From Terriglobia bacterium (GTDB taxonomy: Bacteria > Acidobacteriota > Terriglobia > Bryobacterales > Bryobacteraceae), in contig CAVRBR010000004.1 in the NCBI GenBank assembly GCA_963719335.1, positions 8,524-72,523 on the forward strand: DNA of 64,000 nt, read 5' to 3'. Position 1 is the first letter of the stretch, and each line of letters begins with the position of its first letter. The notes beneath the pieces are model-generated. The model saw only the letters and a program-made list of their open reading frames with translations, did no database searches and was not told the DNA's origin. This document shows, in pieces, positions 60,296-64,000 of the stretch. The position numbers were made by a program, and so were the translations under genes.

Positions 60296-60889
60296 TTCTC
60301 CTCCGTTATGAAACTGGACGTCTGTTGGACCGGGGAATTCTTTGGGATTCCTTCTAGTCCGCACATGATTAAGATACCGGAGTTGCACCGAATCAAACAA
60401 TGATTTTCGACCTTCTTCGGTTAAAAAAAGTACTGCGACTGGTGAAATCAAAGAAACTGTTTACGACCGCTTAAGTCTATCTTCACGAGGGGCTGTAAGC
60501 GGAACAAGTAGCCACCCGCTCCCCTTGGAGTAAGTGACCAGACCGGAACCTTAGCCCGTATCTCATTGGAAGGCCTACCTTATTGTACCCTGGAACGACC
60601 GAACGAATTTTTTGAAACACAATTTGAGCTACTCAGTCTATGGAGTGACGGCGTAAAAGCATCCGCATCGTTTCGCAGCATATTTATATCTCATTTTGCC
60701 ATAATTCCGCTGAAGCGGCTTGGCCAAATTTAGAACAATTATGTTGTACCTCTCCGTGTATCTCCCCTCAGAATATTCCGTAATTCGACCCCAAAAATAC
60801 GCTAGCTCTATTCTTCCGCAGAGCTGTTAGCCCCGCCCCTTGGGCTGATCCACTCCAGCCCGAAAGTGATACCATCACCTGCTATAGCC

Positions 60890-62188
60890 ATGACGACACG
60901 TCACTTGCTCCCCGCGCTGGCCCTCGCCTTCCTGGTTTGCGGCCGGCCTGACACCGCCGCAGCTCAAACCCCCCAGTCGCCCTCCCATAGCTTTGTGCTG
61001 CATGCGGCGCGGCTCCTAGACATCGAATCGGGCCGGATGATCAGTCCCGGCGAGGTGTTGGTCGAAGGCGAGCGAATCACGGAGGCAGGTTCGTCCGTCA
61101 GCCACCCCTCCGGTGCCGAGACCATCGATTTGGGCGACCGAACGTTGCTTCCCGGCCTGTTAGACGTGCACGTGCACCTCTTTCTCCACCCCGGCGCGGA
61201 AGACCTGCAAACCGTGGAGGAGTCCGTACCTCAACGAACGATCATTGCCGTGCTCGCCGCCCAAGCCGATCTCCTGGCCGGTTTCACGGCCGAGCGCGAC
61301 ATGGGCACCGAAGGCGCCGGTTCCGCCGATTCCGCCGTGCGCAATGCCATCAATCAAGGACTCGTTCCCGGGCCCCGGCTGCGCGTCAGCGGCAACGCCA
61401 TCGATATCCTGGGCGGCCATGAAGACGCCAATCACTACAACCCCGCCCAGCATGTCCTGTCAAACGCCACTTACGCCAACAACATCGACGAAATCATCGA
61501 GGCCATGCGCGAACAGTTCAAGGAAGGCGCCGATTTCACCAAAATGTACGAGACCGGGCGCGACCAGCTCCGCAACGGGATATTCTCGACTCCATACCAA
61601 TACACCGAAGCCCAATTGAGGGCAGCGGTTCAAGAAGCGGCCCGCGTCGGCAAACGTGTCGCGGTGCATGCTACGGGTGAGCCGGGCACCCTCTACGCGG
61701 CGCGCGCCGGTGTCATGGCGGTCGACCATGCCGACCAGCTCAGCCCCGAAACTATGCAGTTGATGCGCGAGAAACAAATCCCCGCCGTCCCCACCTTCAC
61801 CATCTCGGAATACTTTGCCGATCACGCCGCCTCCCCCGCCCAAGCCGAACACTTGCACGCCATGCTGAACTTTCACGCGCAAGAGTTTCGAAAGCAGCTC
61901 GCCGCCGGCGTCCCCATGGCCGTCGGCTCGGATGTCGGGCCGTTCCCGCACGGCACCCAGGCCCGCGAATTTGTGCTGATGGTGAAATACGGCATGCAGC
62001 CGCTCGCCGTTCTGCAAGCCGACCTATTGAATGGCGCGAAGATTCTCGGCTGGCAAGGGCAAATCGGCGCGTTAAAGCCCGGCTACTTCGCCGACGTCAT
62101 TGCAGTCGAGGGCGACCCCCTCCAGGACATCGGCGCGGTCGAAAAAGTCTCTTTCGTTATGAAGGGCGGAGTCGTCTACCGCCGCTAG
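60890..62188 (+). CDS. Secreted metal-dependent amidohydrolase (imidazolonepropionase/prolidase-related family)
   Basis: The start is at the ATG at 60890 (MTTRHLLPALALAFLVCG, a signal peptide). It has LLPGLLDVHVHL (the HxH metal site), VAVHATGE and LKPGYFADVIAVEGDPL. Confidence 0.85.
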   Translation: MTTRHLLPALALAFLVCGRPDTAAAQTPQSPSHSFVLHAARLLDIESGRMISPGEVLVEGERITEAGSSVSHPSGAETIDLGDRTLLPGLLDVHVHLFLHPGAEDLQTVEESVPQRTIIAVLAAQADLLAGFTAERDMGTEGAGSADSAVRNAINQGLVPGPRLRVSGNAIDILGGHEDANHYNPAQHVLSNATYANNIDEIIEAMREQFKEGADFTKMYETGRDQLRNGIFSTPYQYTEAQLRAAVQEAARVGKRVAVHATGEPGTLYAARAGVMAVDHADQLSPETMQLMREKQIPAVPTFTISEYFADHAASPAQAEHLHAMLNFHAQEFRKQLAAGVPMAVGSDVGPFPHGTQAREFVLMVKYGMQPLAVLQADLLNGAKILGWQGQIGALKPGYFADVIAVEGDPLQDIGAVEKVSFVMKGGVVYRR

Positions 62189-62210
62189 GCCTGCCGCCTG
62201 GCGTGGCCGA

Positions 62211-63119
62211 TCACCGCGACGGCCCTGGCACGAAAGCGCCAGTGGAGTCGATGTAGCGTGTCTGCTTTCCATTCGCAGGGGTGACTTTGGCGACCCCGCC
62301 TGCGAAGGGAGCGGCCTCATTGTATTGGGCGGGAATTCGGAGCGCGCCCGACGCATCGATGTATCCCCACTTGCCCGCGATCGCCACGGCCGCCAGCCCC
62401 TCTGTGAAACGCATTGCCTGCGTAAACTGAGGGCGGATCGCCAATCGCGACGGCGCTTGGGAATGCACATATCCCCACAATCCGTTCACTTCGATGGGTA
62501 CCAGATCGCTTCCGGCAGTTTCGTTTTTCGGCATCGGCTGGACAGGTCCGGTCGGAACTGCGCGGGCAGGTCCCGGGTTCGCCGCTGCAAAGCCCGGCGG
62601 CTCAGCGGGCCCGCGGACTTCGTTTGAATTCCGGGAGCCCTCCGCGCGTATGGCCTGGGAAACTGCCGACGAGGCCGTCGCCGAAGAGGAGAACGGGGAC
62701 AAAGCGTAGCGCAGCGAGAACGGATAGCGGCGCTCTCCTTCCCAATAGCTGCCTTTCACCTTCATGACATATTCTTTGCCCGGAATCCCGCTGGCATCGC
62801 GGAGCCCGAGTGACGCCGTTCCCAGGTGACCAGCGGAGATCTCTCCCATTTTCAGCGGCAACGGAGTCACTACACGCGCGCTGTCCATCGAAACCGTGGT
62901 CACTTGAACGTTCTTCGCTGTGCTGTCACCGCGATTCAGAATCGAAAGGGCGACTCGCCAGCGGCCCTCTCCCTCAACGTGGACCGGGGCAGCCGCCGCT
63001 TCCAGTTGCACGCCCGCGTACATCCCCGGACTGGCCGCCGCCATCGCGACAAAAACCGCCAGAAACAGGGGGGGACCGATCATGGGACTTGACACGTCGT
63101 TTGCCGTTCCGGTCTTCAT
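62211..63119 (-). CDS. WG-repeat (KWG-like) domain protein, secreted
   Basis: 302 aa with an N-terminal hydrophobic segment. The C-terminal repeats are VNGLWGYVHSQ and IAGKWGYIDASGALRIPAQY. Confidence 0.65.
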   Translation of the reverse strand: MKTGTANDVSSPMIGPPLFLAVFVAMAAASPGMYAGVQLEAAAAPVHVEGEGRWRVALSILNRGDSTAKNVQVTTVSMDSARVVTPLPLKMGEISAGHLGTASLGLRDASGIPGKEYVMKVKGSYWEGERRYPFSLRYALSPFSSSATASSAVSQAIRAEGSRNSNEVRGPAEPPGFAAANPGPARAVPTGPVQPMPKNETAGSDLVPIEVNGLWGYVHSQAPSRLAIRPQFTQAMRFTEGLAAVAIAGKWGYIDASGALRIPAQYNEAAPFAGGVAKVTPANGKQTRYIDSTGAFVPGPSR

Positions 63120-63146
63120 TGTCGCGCAATTTTTCGCGCAATAATC

Positions 63147-64000
63147 TTACCGGCTGAAGACGATATAGTGAACGTCCGAAATCGGGTTCCCCGGCGGCGT
63201 GGATTGCAGGAGTCCGTATCCGAAGGCGTCGAACTTCGTGGGGTCGGCCGTGTTCTGCCGAATCGTGACGTAGTCGCCGAAACGCGGGAGGCACGGGCAT
63301 GGAGCGCCCGGCGTCGGCGGCCCGACATTGCTGTTCGTAGTCTCGTACACGACGTAGTCTCCCCAGAAGCCGGCGACGTGGTTCTCGTAGTTGCCCCCGC
63401 CGCCCCATTCGAGCGACATCCCGATGGCGCCCTGGGAATTGACGGCGAAGGCCGGGTAGGCATAGGCATAGCCGGGGTTCCAGACCTGCTGCTGCGAGAC
63501 CAGCGCGAAGTTGTTATTGATGTCGAGCGCGATCCACTGAACCTGCGGTTGCGGGAAGCCGCTGCCGATCGACCCCGTCCACGCCAGATACAGCTGGTTG
63601 CTCCGTTTGTTGTCGCCTGCGGAGGAGCGGGCTAGCCCAAGCACTGCGTTGTTGGGGAAATTGGAAAGCTTGGCGAGCCAGTCCTGACCGTCCGGCGCCT
63701 TGGAGGTCATGAGGTTCGAGGCCGTGGTGCCGGTCTGGGGCCAGCTGCCGATGGTGATGTCGCGCCAACTGTAATTGCCGCTCGATTCGGGCCAGTTGAA
63801 GACGCGGATGCTGCTGTTGTTGTTGTGGCCGGCCCAGAAGACTTGGTCGCGGGTGTTCTGGCTCAGATGACCACCCCACGCGACGGAGCTGTCCGAGGGC
63901 GTGGTGAAGGAGAAGTTGATGGTGCCCCCGGCCTTAATGTCGGATAACGATATACGAACAACGACATGTCCAGTGCCGTTGTTGACGTCGTCGGCGCTGA
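63147..64000 (-). CDS. Hypothetical secreted protein, C-terminal part (gene runs off the right edge)
   Basis: The listed ORF starts at 63710. My translation shows the frame stays open to base 64000 (...GHVVVRISLSDIKAGGTINFSFTTPSDSSVAWGGHLSQNTRDQVFWAGHNNNSSIRVFNWPESSGNYSWRDITIGSWPQTGTTASNLMTSKAPDG...). No family recognised. Confidence 0.5.
   Translation of the reverse strand, partial: SADDVNNGTGHVVVRISLSDIKAGGTINFSFTTPSDSSVAWGGHLSQNTRDQVFWAGHNNNSSIRVFNWPESSGNYSWRDITIGSWPQTGTTASNLMTSKAPDGQDWLAKLSNFPNNAVLGLARSSAGDNKRSNQLYLAWTGSIGSGFPQPQVQWIALDINNNFALVSQQQVWNPGYAYAYPAFAVNSQGAIGMSLEWGGGGNYENHVAGFWGDYVVYETTNSNVGPPTPGAPCPCLPRFGDYVTIRQNTADPTKFDAFGYGLLQSTPPGNPISDVHYIVFSR

Overview
High-GC chromosomal segment that looks acidobacterial. 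The pointers are an ADOP-type duplicated FtsX permease, a CarboxypepD_reg-type TonB-dependent receptor, a PEP-CTERM protein, NHL-repeat proteins and an S53 sedolisin. All family calls come from motif recognition by eye; no search tools were used.

Left to right, the window holds:
- Envelope and lipid genes: PBP1A, proline dehydrogenase, and a PAP2 / MGDG-synthase-like GT / AsnB cluster.
- Peptide scavenging genes: GGT, TonB-dependent receptor, D-aminoacylase, M20 peptidase, S53 protease.
- Housekeeping genes: prmA, ligD, the dnaG-rpoD pair, nth, a BadF-type kinase and MscS.
- A tight minus-strand run addB-addA-selD-pyrF.
- A DksA/TraR gene placed divergently from a PA2169-family gene and a methyltransferase.
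- The ribosomal/RNAP block rplA-rplJ-rplL-rpoB-rpoC.
- An accessory-looking right end: an orphan antitoxin-like ORF, a membrane protein, an ADOP permease, two tandem ~940-aa NHL-propeller paralogues, a PEP-CTERM protein, an amidohydrolase, a WG-repeat protein and a partial secreted protein.

I recognised no rRNA, tRNA, CRISPR array, transposase or integrase.

Main observations:
1. The tandem NHL paralogues end in a triplicated two-cysteine ~120-aa module I cannot name. They are punctuated by two families of repeated hairpins.
2. RpoB carries a ~60-aa insertion with 8 Cys that looks like a double zinc ribbon.
3. rplK is missing upstream of rplA, which is a break in conserved gene order.
4. About 13 genes, including essential dnaG and rpoD, are split by indel-type frameshifts concentrated at 1-4.4 kb and 14.3-28.4 kb, while 29.6-51 kb is clean. 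I read this as sequence or assembly error, not biology.

I found no clear novel multi-gene system such as a defence island. The NHL / PEP-CTERM locus is the best candidate for something uncharacterised.
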